NCBI GenBank assembly: GCA_022826195.1
Contig: JAJDVI010000017.1
Coordinates: 3,673-67,672, forward strand
DNA length: 64,000 nucleotides
Direction of reading: 5' to 3'
Source of the DNA: Acidobacteriota bacterium
Lineage (GTDB): Bacteria > Acidobacteriota > Vicinamibacteria > Marinacidobacterales > Marinacidobacteraceae
The notes below the pieces were generated by a model. The model ran no database searches. It saw only the letters and a list, made by a program, of their open reading frames with translations, and was not told the origin of the DNA. The position numbers and the translations under genes were made by a program. Below are positions 9,765-19,066 of the stretch, piece after piece; position 1 is the first letter of the stretch, and the number at the start of each line of letters is the position of its first letter.

Positions 9765-10223
9765 CTACTGGACGGCGCGCCGGCGGCGGCGCTCGGCGAG
9801 CCGCGACCCCAGGATCCGGGCGGCCTCGGAGGTCGGGGTGTCCGGCCCGAACACCTGGGCGACGCCCATCTCGCGGAGATCTCCGACGTCCCGATCGGGG
9901 ATCAGGCCGCCGACGAAGACCGGAACATCCGCGAGCCCCCGCTCGGAGAGCCCTTCCAGGATCCGGCGGACCAGCGGACGGTGGGCGCCGGAAAGAATGG
10001 AGACGCCGACCGCCTCCACGTCTTCCTGCAGCGCCGCCTCGACAATTTCTTCCGGAGTTCTCCTGAGCCCCGTATAGATCACCTCGAAACCCGCGTCGCG
10101 GAGCGCCTTCGCCACCACCAGCGCCCCCCGGTCGTGCCCGTCGAGCCCCGGTTTCGCGACCAGGATGCGGTACGGCGGACTCGCCGCCGTTCCGCTCCGG
10201 GCGCCCTCGGCAGTCCCGCTCAC
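9765..10223 (-). CDS. Standalone cobalamin-binding domain protein (methylmalonyl-CoA mutase C-terminal-domain-like)
   Basis: 152 aa: RILVAKPGLDGHDRGALVVAKALRDAGFEVIYTGLRRTPEEIV...GVSILSGAH. This is the DxHxxG B12-binding Rossmann motif. The start overlaps the icmF stop by 4 nt. Confidence 0.7.
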   Translation of the reverse strand: MSGTAEGARSGTAASPPYRILVAKPGLDGHDRGALVVAKALRDAGFEVIYTGLRRTPEEIVEAALQEDVEAVGVSILSGAHRPLVRRILEGLSERGLADVPVFVGGLIPDRDVGDLREMGVAQVFGPDTPTSEAARILGSRLAERRRRRAVQ

Positions 10224-13200
10224 ATCGCCCGGCGGTAGCGGCCGCCGACCTCGTAGAGCGCCCCGGTGATCTGCCCGAGACTCGCAACCTTCACCGTCTC
10301 CATCAGCTCGGCGAAGACATTGCCGCCCGAACGGGCCACCTCCTGCAGCCTCCGAAGCGCCTCCGGGGCCTCCTTCGCGTGGCGCCGCCGGAACGCCTCC
10401 ACGCGCAGGACCTGCGCCTCTTTTTCGTCGTCGGTGGCGCGCGCGAGCGGCACCGCTTCCGGCGCCCCGTCCTCGGGTTCCGCGAGGAAGGTGTTCACCC
10501 CGATGATCGGGATTTCGCCGGAGTCCTTCCGGGTCTCGTAGAGGAGCGACTCTTCCTGGATCCGGTTGCGCTGGTACTGGCGCTCCATGGCGGCCAGCAC
10601 GCCGCCGCGGGCGCTCAGGCGATCGAATTCGGCGAGCACCGCTTCCTCGACGAGATCGGTCAGCCGGGACACGATGAACGAACCCGAGAGCGGGTTCTCG
10701 TTCCAGGCCATGCCGAACTCGGAGCGGATGATCTTCTGGATGGCCACCGCCCGCCGCACCGATTCCGGCGTGGGGGTGGTGATGGCCTCGTCGTAGGCGT
10801 TCGTGTGGAGCGAGTTGCAGTTGTCGTTGGTCGCGATGAGCGCCTGGAGCGTCGTGCGGATGTCGTTGAACTGCACTTCCTGGGCATGGAGCGAACGGCC
10901 GGAGGTCTGGATGTGGACCTTGAACTTCTGGCTCCGCTCCCCGGCGCCGTAGCGGAGCTTCATGGCGCGCGCCCAGATGCGCCGGGCCACCCGCGCCATG
11001 ACCGCGTACTCGGGATCGAGGCCGTTGCTGAAGAAGAAGGAGAGATTCGGGGCGAAGGCGTCCACCGGAAGGCCCCGGGCCAGGTAGTACTCGACGTAGG
11101 TGAAGCCGTTCGCGAGGGTGAAGGCGAGTTGGGTGATGGGGTTCGCCCCGGCTTCGGCGATGTGGTAGCCGGAAATGGAGACGGAGTAGAAGTTCCGGAC
11201 CCCCCGCTCGATGAAGTGCTCCTGGACGTCCCCCATCAGCCGGAGCGCGAAGCCGGTGGAGAAGATGCAGGTGTTCTGGGCCTGGTCCTCCTTGAGGATG
11301 TCCGCCTGCACCGTCCCGCGCACCGCCGAGAGCGTCCGGGCCTTCAGTTCCTCGTGCTCGGCGGCCGAGGGCGGTCGCCCGTGCTCATCCTCAAAGATCC
11401 TCTCCTCCTGGCGCACCGCGGCGTTCAGGAACATCGCGAGGATCACCGGCGCGGGGCCGTTGATCGTCATCGAGACGCTGGTCGCCGGGTCGGTAAGCCG
11501 GAACCCCTCGAACATGTCGCACATGTCGTCGAGCGTCGCGATGGATACCCCGCCCTCCCCGATCTTGCCGAAGATGTCCGGCCGCCGGGCCGGATCGTCT
11601 CCGTAGAGGGTCACGCTGTCGAAGGCCACCGAAAGCCGGGTGGCCTCCTCGGATTCCGCGAGCAGGTGGAACCTCCGGTTGGTGCGGGCGGGGCCGCCCT
11701 CTCCCGCGAACTGCCGCCGCGGGCTCTCCTCCTCCCGCCGGAACGGAAAGACCCCCGCGGTGAACGGGTAGTGCCCGGGCAGGTTCTCGTCGAGCAGGAA
11801 CCGGAGCGTCTCGCGGCCGCTTCCGAAACGCGGCAGCGCGACGCGCGGAAGCCGGGTGCCGGACAGCGTTTCCCGATGGGTCCCGTACTCGCGCACCCGG
11901 TCCCGGACCCGAGCCCGGTATCGCGGCGCCTCGTACCGGGCCGCCAGCTCGGGCCAGCCCGCGAGCAGTTCCCGGCTCCCGGGGTCGAGTGCATCGCGGG
12001 CCTCGGCGAGCCGCGCCTCGACGGCCTCGGCGGCCGCCTCGGCGCCTCCGGCGGCGCGCAGGTCCGCGGCTGCCGCCTCGAGGTGCTCGACCCTTCCGGC
12101 CCGCTCGGCCTCGGCGGCAACCCGGGCCTTCTCGCTCCGGAGCGTGTCGGCGATCTCGGCCAGGTAGCCGGCGCGCGCCGGGGGAATGAGGCGTACTCCG
12201 GCGAGCTGGTCATCGGGACGCTCGCCGGGCGGCGCCGGGAGCGCGGTCTCCCTCCCGGCCAGCCCGTCCCGGACCACGGCGTAGAGCCGGTCGAGCCCCG
12301 GGTCCGCGAACCGGCTCGCCACCGTCGGGAGGACCGGCGCCGGGGCGTGGCGCGGCAGCGAACGCGCCCGCTGGAAGGCCCGGCGCACCGCGAAGAGCGC
12401 GTCCTCGGCGCCCGGGTGGTCGGCCTTGTTGAGCGCCACGGCGTCCGCCAGGTCCAGCATGTCGATCTTTTCGAGCTGGCTCTCGGCGCCGTAGTCGGAC
12501 GTCATCACGTAGAGCGAGAAGTCGCTGATGTCCACGATCCGCGAGTCGCCCTGCCCGATGCCGCCCGTCTCCACCACGAGGAGCTGGCAGCCGGCGGCCC
12601 GCAGGACGAGGAGCGCGTCATCCACCACCGTCGCGAGCTCGGTGCCCGAGCGGCGGGTGGCCACGCTGCGGACGAAGACGTCCGTACCCGCGATCGCGTT
12701 CAGCCGGATGCGGTCCCCGAGCAGCGCGCCCCCGGTGCGCCGCTTCGAGGGGTCCACGGCGAGCACGCCGATCCGGCCCACCGGCCCGGAACCCAGGTCC
12801 GGCTTCCCGGCGCGGAACCTGAGGAGCAGCTCGTCGAGCACCGAACTCTTGCCGGCGCCGCCCGTGCCGGTAATCCCCAGCACGGGTGCGGGCGACCCGA
12901 CGAGTTCGGAGAGCGCCGCCCGGTCGGCGGCCTCCAGCCCTTCGTTCTCGGCAAAGCTGATCAGCCGCGCCGCCGCGCCGGTGCGCCGCAGCGGGTCGCC
13001 GCCGGCGAGATCCGCGAGCAACTCGTCGAAGGGCGTCTGGGACCGGGCCCCGCGCGCCTCGGCGGCGTCGCGCAGCATGTCGTCCACCACCCCTTCGATG
13101 CCGGTCACCCGGTCGTCCCCCGGGGAGTAGATCCGCGCCACCCCGTACGCCTCGAGGTCGGCAGCCTCGTGAGGCCGGATCACGCCCCCACCGCCTCCGA

Positions 13201-13534
13201 ATATCCGGATCTCGCCGCGCCCGGCCTCCCGGAGGAGGTCCACCAGGTAGCGGAAGAACTCGTTGTGCCCCCCCTGGTAGGAGGAGACGGCGATGGCGTC
13301 CGCGTCCTCCTCGAGGGCGGCGGCGGCGATCTCGCCGGCGCCGCGGTTGTGGCCGAGGTGAATGACCTCGGCGCCCCCCCGCTGCAGGAGGCGGCGGAAG
13401 ACGTGGATCGAGGCGTCGTGACCATCGAAGAGCGCGGTCCCCGTGACGAAGCGGAGCGGAAGCTCCGCCAGCGGATCGAACAGGGCCCGCGAGGGCTCGG
13501 ATCCGGCCGGGGAAAGACTGACGCGTGGGCTCAA
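10220..13534 (-). CDS. icmF: Fused isobutyryl-CoA mutase (B12-binding domain + MeaB-like G-protein + mutase barrel)
   Basis: 1104 aa. The N-terminal B12 domain has FDGHDASIH. The central P-loop GTPase has GITGTGGAGKSS...NKADH. The large C-terminal domain is acyl-CoA mutase substrate-binding. Size and domain order match IcmF. Confidence 0.8.
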   Translation of the reverse strand: MSPRVSLSPAGSEPSRALFDPLAELPLRFVTGTALFDGHDASIHVFRRLLQRGGAEVIHLGHNRGAGEIAAAALEEDADAIAVSSYQGGHNEFFRYLVDLLREAGRGEIRIFGGGGGVIRPHEAADLEAYGVARIYSPGDDRVTGIEGVVDDMLRDAAEARGARSQTPFDELLADLAGGDPLRRTGAAARLISFAENEGLEAADRAALSELVGSPAPVLGITGTGGAGKSSVLDELLLRFRAGKPDLGSGPVGRIGVLAVDPSKRRTGGALLGDRIRLNAIAGTDVFVRSVATRRSGTELATVVDDALLVLRAAGCQLLVVETGGIGQGDSRIVDISDFSLYVMTSDYGAESQLEKIDMLDLADAVALNKADHPGAEDALFAVRRAFQRARSLPRHAPAPVLPTVASRFADPGLDRLYAVVRDGLAGRETALPAPPGERPDDQLAGVRLIPPARAGYLAEIADTLRSEKARVAAEAERAGRVEHLEAAAADLRAAGGAEAAAEAVEARLAEARDALDPGSRELLAGWPELAARYEAPRYRARVRDRVREYGTHRETLSGTRLPRVALPRFGSGRETLRFLLDENLPGHYPFTAGVFPFRREEESPRRQFAGEGGPARTNRRFHLLAESEEATRLSVAFDSVTLYGDDPARRPDIFGKIGEGGVSIATLDDMCDMFEGFRLTDPATSVSMTINGPAPVILAMFLNAAVRQEERIFEDEHGRPPSAAEHEELKARTLSAVRGTVQADILKEDQAQNTCIFSTGFALRLMGDVQEHFIERGVRNFYSVSISGYHIAEAGANPITQLAFTLANGFTYVEYYLARGLPVDAFAPNLSFFFSNGLDPEYAVMARVARRIWARAMKLRYGAGERSQKFKVHIQTSGRSLHAQEVQFNDIRTTLQALIATNDNCNSLHTNAYDEAITTPTPESVRRAVAIQKIIRSEFGMAWNENPLSGSFIVSRLTDLVEEAVLAEFDRLSARGGVLAAMERQYQRNRIQEESLLYETRKDSGEIPIIGVNTFLAEPEDGAPEAVPLARATDDEKEAQVLRVEAFRRRHAKEAPEALRRLQEVARSGGNVFAELMETVKVASLGQITGALYEVGGRYRRAM

Positions 13535-13708
13535 CGGGACGGCCTGTTCGGGACGGAAGACACCTCTTCGGAAACCGTAGCACTCCTCGAGGGGACGCGG
13601 GAGTCGCGGATCGGGACCGCCGGCCGCCGCCCGTCAGGGCCAACCGGACGTTCCGGCCTGGGGCCGGCGTTCCCGGGAAGCTGGCGCCGAATTCCGCGAC
13701 GCCGGTTC

Positions 13709-14029
13709 CTAGGACGCCCCCAGCGCCTCTTCGCCCGGCTTCCGGTTGAGGCGGTCGCGCAGCGCCTTCCCGGCCCGGAAGAACGGCACCCGTTTGGGGG
13801 GCACCATGATCTGTTCACCGGTTCGCGGGTTCCGCGTGAGGCGCGCCTTCCGGCTCCGCAGACGGAAACTGCCGAATCCGCGAATCTCCACCTCGTCTCC
13901 GGAACGGAGCGCGCCGGCGATCGCGTCGAAAACCGTCTCCACGATGAGATCGGCCTCGCGGCGCGTAATCCCCGTGGACTCCGATACCTCGGCGGCCAGG
14001 CGGGCGCGGGTGATCGCTGTGTCGCTCAC
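13709..14029 (-). CDS. ihfB: HU/IHF-family DNA-binding protein (IHF beta-like)
   Basis: 106 aa with EVEIRGFGSFRLRSRKARLTRNPRTGEQIMVPPKRVPFFRAGKALRD. It lies immediately downstream of rpsA (conserved rpsA-ihfB synteny). The start overlaps the rpsA stop by 4 nt. Confidence 0.65.
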   Translation of the reverse strand: MSDTAITRARLAAEVSESTGITRREADLIVETVFDAIAGALRSGDEVEIRGFGSFRLRSRKARLTRNPRTGEQIMVPPKRVPFFRAGKALRDRLNRKPGEEALGAS

Positions 14030-15894
14030 CGCTTCCAGACGTCTCCGATCTTGACGGACACCTCACCCGCCTCGTCGGGCCGGGAATAGCCCTCCTCGGC
14101 GGCCTTGAGCGAGAGTCCCACCTTGCGATCGTCACGGCTGAGCCGCACGATCCGCAGTTTGAGCGGCTGCCCCAGGTGCAGCCGGTCCTCCGCCTTGGCG
14201 GGCGGAGGCTCGTCAATGTCGTTCAGGCGCAGCAGGCCCTCGATTCCCTCCTCGATCTGAACGAACGCGCCGAAGTCCGCGAAACGGATCACGGTGCCAT
14301 CCACCAGATCGCCTTCCTGATGCCGGGTGAAGAAACCCTCCCACGCGTCATCCGAGAGCTGCTTGAGTCCGAGCGAGAGCCGGCGGTTCTCCGGATCGAT
14401 GCTGAGCACCACGGTCTCCACCGAGTCGCCGACCCGCAGGACTTCGGAGGGGTGGTTGATCCGCTTGTTCCAGCTCAGATCGGAGATGTGGATCAGCCCG
14501 TCGATCGAGTTGTCCACTTCGATGAACGCGCCGAAATCGGTGAACTTCCGCACCGTTCCGGTGAGCCTCGAGCCGATCGGGTACTGCTCCGCGAGCCGCG
14601 GCCACGGGTTCGGTTCCACCTGCTTCAGACCGAGGCTGATCCGGCGGGCCTTGAAGTCCACGCGAAGCACCATCGCTTCCACGAAATCGCCCTTGGAGAG
14701 CAGCTTCGAGGGGTGCTTGGTGCGGCTGCTCCAGCTCATCTCGCTGACGTGGATCAGGCCCTCGACCCCGGGCTCCATCTCGATGAAGGCGCCGTAGTCG
14801 GTGATGCTGACCACCTTTCCGCGGACCCGGGTTCCCACCGAGTAACGCTCGTGAGCCGTGGTCCACGGATCCACGTTGAGCTGCTTGTAGCCGAGCGAGA
14901 CCCGCTCCGCCTCGGCGTCGAAGCGGAGGATGACGACCTCGATCTGGTCGCCCACCTTCATGAGCTCCGAGGGATGCTCCAGCCGGCGGAAGGACATTTC
15001 CCGGATGTGGAGCAGGCCGCAGATCCCGCCGATGTCCACGAAGGCGCCGTATTCGGTGAGGTCGCGGACCTCGCCCCGGAACACGCGCCCGACCTCGAGC
15101 GCCGCGAGGGTCTTGGTCTTCTCTTCCTCAAGGACCACCCGGCGCGACAGCACGATGTTGCCCCGCCGCTTGTTCAGCTTGATGACCCGCAGCTCGAGCT
15201 CGCGGCCCTTGTAGCTGCCGAGGTTCCTTACGGGACGGAGATCCACCTGGGAGCCCGGCAGGAAACCGCGCACCCCGATCTCCCCGATGTCCACCTCGAG
15301 TCCGCCGCGGATCCGGTCCACCACCCGGCCGCGGACCGGCGTCTGCTTCTCGAACGCGTCCTCGATCTGGTTCCAGACCTTCATCTTCTCGGCTTTGCGA
15401 TGTGAAAGCACGAGGTGGCCGCGGCGGTTGTCCGCACGCTGGACGAGGACGTCGATTTCGTCCCCTTCCCGCACCCGGACGTTCCCGTCCACGTCCCTGA
15501 ACTCGTCGAGCGGGATGATGCCCTCGGACTTGTAACCGACATCCACGATCACGTCGGAGTCCGTCATGTGGAGGACGGTCCCGGTGACGATGTCCCCCTC
15601 CACGAGGTGGGTCTCGTACTGATCAAGGAAGGCCTCGAACTCGGCGGCTTCCTCCTCGGAAACCTGCGACGGCGCGCCGTCGCGGGGCGCCGCGGCTCCG
15701 TTCCCCGCGGAACTTGCCGCCTCGAGGGGGGCTTCGCTGGCGCCGTCTCCCTCGCCGGCGGCCGCTTCGGCCGCCTCGGCCGGAGCTTCGGTCGTTTCCC
15801 CGGCGATCACCGCGGTCGCCTGCTCCGCGGCTACCTCACTTGCGACCGCGACTGCGGCCGTTCCCTCGTCCGTTTCGGGCATACCCTCTCTCAT
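14026..15894 (-). CDS. rpsA: 30S ribosomal protein S1
   Basis: 622 aa with repeated S1 RNA-binding domains (GTV..., VKGTV..., GFL.., HISE..). It has an acidic/Ala-rich N-terminal extension. Confidence 0.85.
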   Translation of the reverse strand: MREGMPETDEGTAAVAVASEVAAEQATAVIAGETTEAPAEAAEAAAGEGDGASEAPLEAASSAGNGAAAPRDGAPSQVSEEEAAEFEAFLDQYETHLVEGDIVTGTVLHMTDSDVIVDVGYKSEGIIPLDEFRDVDGNVRVREGDEIDVLVQRADNRRGHLVLSHRKAEKMKVWNQIEDAFEKQTPVRGRVVDRIRGGLEVDIGEIGVRGFLPGSQVDLRPVRNLGSYKGRELELRVIKLNKRRGNIVLSRRVVLEEEKTKTLAALEVGRVFRGEVRDLTEYGAFVDIGGICGLLHIREMSFRRLEHPSELMKVGDQIEVVILRFDAEAERVSLGYKQLNVDPWTTAHERYSVGTRVRGKVVSITDYGAFIEMEPGVEGLIHVSEMSWSSRTKHPSKLLSKGDFVEAMVLRVDFKARRISLGLKQVEPNPWPRLAEQYPIGSRLTGTVRKFTDFGAFIEVDNSIDGLIHISDLSWNKRINHPSEVLRVGDSVETVVLSIDPENRRLSLGLKQLSDDAWEGFFTRHQEGDLVDGTVIRFADFGAFVQIEEGIEGLLRLNDIDEPPPAKAEDRLHLGQPLKLRIVRLSRDDRKVGLSLKAAEEGYSRPDEAGEVSVKIGDVWKR

Positions 15895-16038
15895 TAGGCA
15901 GAAAAGACTCCTGGTTGAGCGGGGGACTCCGGAGGCACGGGAAAACCACCCGCTCCGAAGACCCCTCTTCCCCGCTCGACACTCTCCATGAACCCTCAGG
16001 CCCGGCGGTGGTTGCCGTAGTGACGCGGGGAGCCGCCC

Positions 16039-16068
16039 ATACTAGGCGCGCGCACGACCGATTGTCAA
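16039..16068 (-). promoter_or_regulatory. Candidate σ70-type promoter for rpsA (-35 TTGACA, -10 TAGTAT, ~18-nt spacer)
   Basis: Read on the minus strand of the 400-bp rpsA/korA divergent intergenic region. Positions approximate. Confidence 0.25.
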
Positions 16069-16113
16069 CGGAGCGTGCGGCGCCGGCCGGCGGCCCGCAC
16101 CCCGGGTTCTTCG

Positions 16114-16146
16114 TCTGGAGGGCAGCGCCCCCCGGGTGATACAATT
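16114..16146 (+). promoter_or_regulatory. Candidate promoter for korAB (-35 TCTGGA, extended -10 TGaTACAAT)
   Basis: Extended -10 at ~16138-16146 in the rpsA/korA intergenic region. It is followed by a tandem direct repeat GGAAGAACCGGA-cacc-GGAAGAACCGGA (16181-16208) in the leader. Confidence 0.25.
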
Positions 16147-16293
16147 TTTCGGCTTACTTCGCGTCGCCCGCTCGCTTTTGGGAAGAACCGGACACCGGAA
16201 GAACCGGAACTGTTGGTCCGGGCGCGTCCGGTAAGAACTCACTCAAGGTTCAACAGCATCAAGCTCAACCGACCAAAGGTCCCGCACTCGCAC

Positions 16294-18081
16294 ATGTCAC
16301 AAGGTTTCGACTTTTCCATCGCCATCGGGGGTGCCGCCGGGCAGGGAATTGCCACGCCCGGCAACATCCTTGCCCGGATGTTCGTCCGCCGGGGACTCCA
16401 TCTCAACGCCTACAACGCCTATCAGTCCATCATTCGGGGCGGACACATCCTGCTGACGATGCGGGTTCGCGAGCAGGAAGCCCTTTCGCATGGCGACCAC
16501 ATCAACCTGCTCCTCTGCCTGAACCAGGACACCATGACGCGCCACCTGCGTCATCTGGGCCCCGGCGCCTACGCGGTCTACAACGCCGACAACATCACCC
16601 CCGGGGAACACCAGGACGGCGTCCACCTCTGCGGCATGCCGGTGACCGAACTCACTGGCGACGCCAAGAACAAGCTGGCGCAGAACACCGCCGCGCTGGG
16701 GGTCATCGCCCACGTGCTGGGGCTCGACTTCGAGGTCCTGGAGTCGGCGCTCACGCTCCAGTTCCAGCGAAAGGGCGAGGCGGTGGTCTCTTCCAACGTC
16801 GCCGTCGCCCGCGCCGGCTACGAATACTCGAGCGCCAACTTCACGCCGCTCGCGAATCACCTCCCCCAAAACCCCGACCCGCTCGCCGTCTGGACCGGGA
16901 ACGATGCCCTGGCGATGGGCGGGGCGGCCGCGGGCGTCAAGTTCTACTGCGCCTATCCCATGAGCCCCTCGACGGGAGTGCTCCACTGGATGGCCAAGAA
17001 CGCCCGCGAACTCGGCATCATGGTGCGCCAGGTCGAGGACGAGATCGGGGTCGCCAACATGGCGGTGGGCGCGGCCCACACGGGCGCCCGCACCATGTGC
17101 GCCACCTCGGGCGGCGGCTTCGCGCTCATGACCGAGGCCATCGGATCGGCGGCGATGATGGAGATCCCTGTGGTCTTCATCAACGTGATGCGCGCCGGGC
17201 CCTCGACCGGAGTACCCACCAAGACCGAGCAGGGTGACCTGTGGCAGGCGCTCGGCGCCAGCCAGGGCGATTTCGAACGCATCGTGGTTGCCCCGCAGGA
17301 CGCCCATGACGCTTTCAGCACCATCGGCGAAGTGTTCAACCTGGTCGACCGCTACCAGTGTCCGGCCATCGTTCTCTCGGACCTGCTCATCTCCGAGGGC
17401 ACCTTCAGCGTGCCCCCCGACGACATCGACATGTTCCCGCCCATCGAGCGCGGCAAGCTGATCCGCGAATCGAACGGCGATGCGGGACCCTACAACCGGT
17501 ATCTCGATACCGCCGACGGCATCTCTCCCCGCGCCGTGCCGGGGGTTCCCGGCCACGTCCACGTGGTCGCCACCGACGAGCACGACGAGGAGGGCATCCT
17601 CATCTCCGACGAGTTCACGAACCCGATCAAGCGCCGCCAGATGGTCGAAAAGCGCGCCCGCAAGCTGGACGACTACTTCACGCGCGTGGCCGCTCCCGAG
17701 GTGGAAGGGGACGAGGACGCGGAGGTCACGCTGGTGGGCTGGGGTTCCACGGCCGGCGTGATCGAGGAAGCGATGGAGCAGCTCCGGGCGGACGGCGTGA
17801 AGGTCAACCGGATCGCGGTCAAGTGGATCCTGCCGTTCCACGCCGAAGCCGTCACCGAGGCGCTTTCCGGGGCGCGGAAGACCCTCATCATCGAAAACAA
17901 CCACTCGGGACAGTTCCACCGCTACCTGCGGAGCGAGACCGGCATCACCGCCGACGGTCACATCCGCAAGTACGACGGCGAGCCGTTCATGCCGCACCAC
18001 ATCGCGGACGGCGTACGGGCCCACCTCGCGGGCAGCGTCTCCGGCGGCGTGTTCGTGCCGGACCAGGAAATCCTCGTATAG
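16294..18081 (+). CDS. korA: 2-oxoglutarate/2-oxoacid:ferredoxin oxidoreductase, alpha subunit (KorA-type)
   Basis: Starts MSQGFDFSIAIGGAAGQGIATPGNILAR (ATG 16294). Pyruvate-flavodoxin/ferredoxin oxidoreductase core motifs are present (CAYPMSPST, TSGGGFALM). The ORF-track N-terminal 73 aa are low-complexity. Confidence 0.8.
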   Translation: MSQGFDFSIAIGGAAGQGIATPGNILARMFVRRGLHLNAYNAYQSIIRGGHILLTMRVREQEALSHGDHINLLLCLNQDTMTRHLRHLGPGAYAVYNADNITPGEHQDGVHLCGMPVTELTGDAKNKLAQNTAALGVIAHVLGLDFEVLESALTLQFQRKGEAVVSSNVAVARAGYEYSSANFTPLANHLPQNPDPLAVWTGNDALAMGGAAAGVKFYCAYPMSPSTGVLHWMAKNARELGIMVRQVEDEIGVANMAVGAAHTGARTMCATSGGGFALMTEAIGSAAMMEIPVVFINVMRAGPSTGVPTKTEQGDLWQALGASQGDFERIVVAPQDAHDAFSTIGEVFNLVDRYQCPAIVLSDLLISEGTFSVPPDDIDMFPPIERGKLIRESNGDAGPYNRYLDTADGISPRAVPGVPGHVHVVATDEHDEEGILISDEFTNPIKRRQMVEKRARKLDDYFTRVAAPEVEGDEDAEVTLVGWGSTAGVIEEAMEQLRADGVKVNRIAVKWILPFHAEAVTEALSGARKTLIIENNHSGQFHRYLRSETGITADGHIRKYDGEPFMPHHIADGVRAHLAGSVSGGVFVPDQEILV

Positions 18082-18118
18082 CGCCCGCCGCCGCGAAGAC
18101 CACACACAGGAGACCAAA

Positions 18119-19015
18119 GTGACTATCGAGCTCAGGGAAAAGCCGCTGACCGCAAAAGATTTCAAGGGGAAGGTCGATCCCGATTGGTGTCCGGGCTGCG
18201 GCGACTTCGCCCTGCTGCGGGCCACCCAGATGTCGGTGGCCGAGCTGGGTCTGTCCCCGCACCAGATCGTGTGCGTGAGCGGCATCGGCTGTTCTTCGAA
18301 CTTTCCCGGATACTTCAACTCCTACGGCATGCACACCCTGCACGGGCGGGCGCTGGCGGTGGCGACCGGGGTGAAGATGGCCAACCAGACGCTCACCGTG
18401 CTCGTCACCGGCGGCGACGGCGACGGCTACGGCATCGGCGGAAACCACTTCACGCACACCGCGCGCCGCAACGTGGATCTCACCTACCTGGTGATGAACA
18501 ACCAGATCTACGGGCTCACCACCGGACAGGTCTCCCCGAGCAGCAGCCTGGGCATGAAGACCAAGAGCACCCCGTTCGGGAACATCGAGCGGCCGGTGAA
18601 CCCGATCACTTCGGCCATCATGAACGGCGCCACCTACGTGGGGCGCGGCTTCTCGGGCAACATCAAGCAGTTGGTCCGGCTCATCAAGGGCGCCATCGAG
18701 CACCCGGGTTTCGCGGTGATCGACGTCTTCAGTCCGTGCGTCACCTTCAACCGCGACAACACCTACGACTTTTTCCGGCAGCGGGTCGCCCCGCTGGAGG
18801 ACGAGGGGCACGACCCCTCCGACTGGAAGTCCGCGTGCGAACGGGCCATGGAGTGGGACGAGCGGATCTACACCGGGCTCTTCTACCAGGACCAGGCCGT
18901 CCAGTCGCTGCACGCGCGCGAGCCGATCCTGGACGGCGGGGCGCCCCCGGTGTCCCACGTTCCCGAGGCGATCACCCAGGAACAGCGCGACCGCATCGTC
19001 CGCCGGATGATGTAG
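18119..19015 (+). CDS. korB: 2-oxoglutarate/2-oxoacid:ferredoxin oxidoreductase, beta subunit (TPP-binding)
   Basis: 298 aa with WCPGCGDFALL and the TPP-binding GDGDGYGIGGNHF motif. Confidence 0.8.
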   Translation: MTIELREKPLTAKDFKGKVDPDWCPGCGDFALLRATQMSVAELGLSPHQIVCVSGIGCSSNFPGYFNSYGMHTLHGRALAVATGVKMANQTLTVLVTGGDGDGYGIGGNHFTHTARRNVDLTYLVMNNQIYGLTTGQVSPSSSLGMKTKSTPFGNIERPVNPITSAIMNGATYVGRGFSGNIKQLVRLIKGAIEHPGFAVIDVFSPCVTFNRDNTYDFFRQRVAPLEDEGHDPSDWKSACERAMEWDERIYTGLFYQDQAVQSLHAREPILDGGAPPVSHVPEAITQEQRDRIVRRMM

Positions 19016-19066
19016 GCGTCAGCGGCCTGTTCCGGCGCCGGCCCCCTGAGACGGGAGCGCGATCGG

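Noticed and set aside
13535-13708. Possible cobalamin riboswitch upstream of icmF
   Set aside because: I could not find the conserved B12-box or a convincing multi-stem structure by eye. B12-dependent enzymes are not usually riboswitch-controlled.
10379-14089. 1236-aa plus-strand ORF
   Set aside because: Antisense shadow of icmF and the IHF-like gene.
16075-16293. N-terminal extension of korA
   Set aside because: It is low-complexity R/P-rich sequence spanning the promoter region. A canonical KorA N-terminus begins at ATG 16294.
16297-18318. 673-aa minus-strand ORF
   Set aside because: Antisense to korA/korB, which carry strong conserved motifs.
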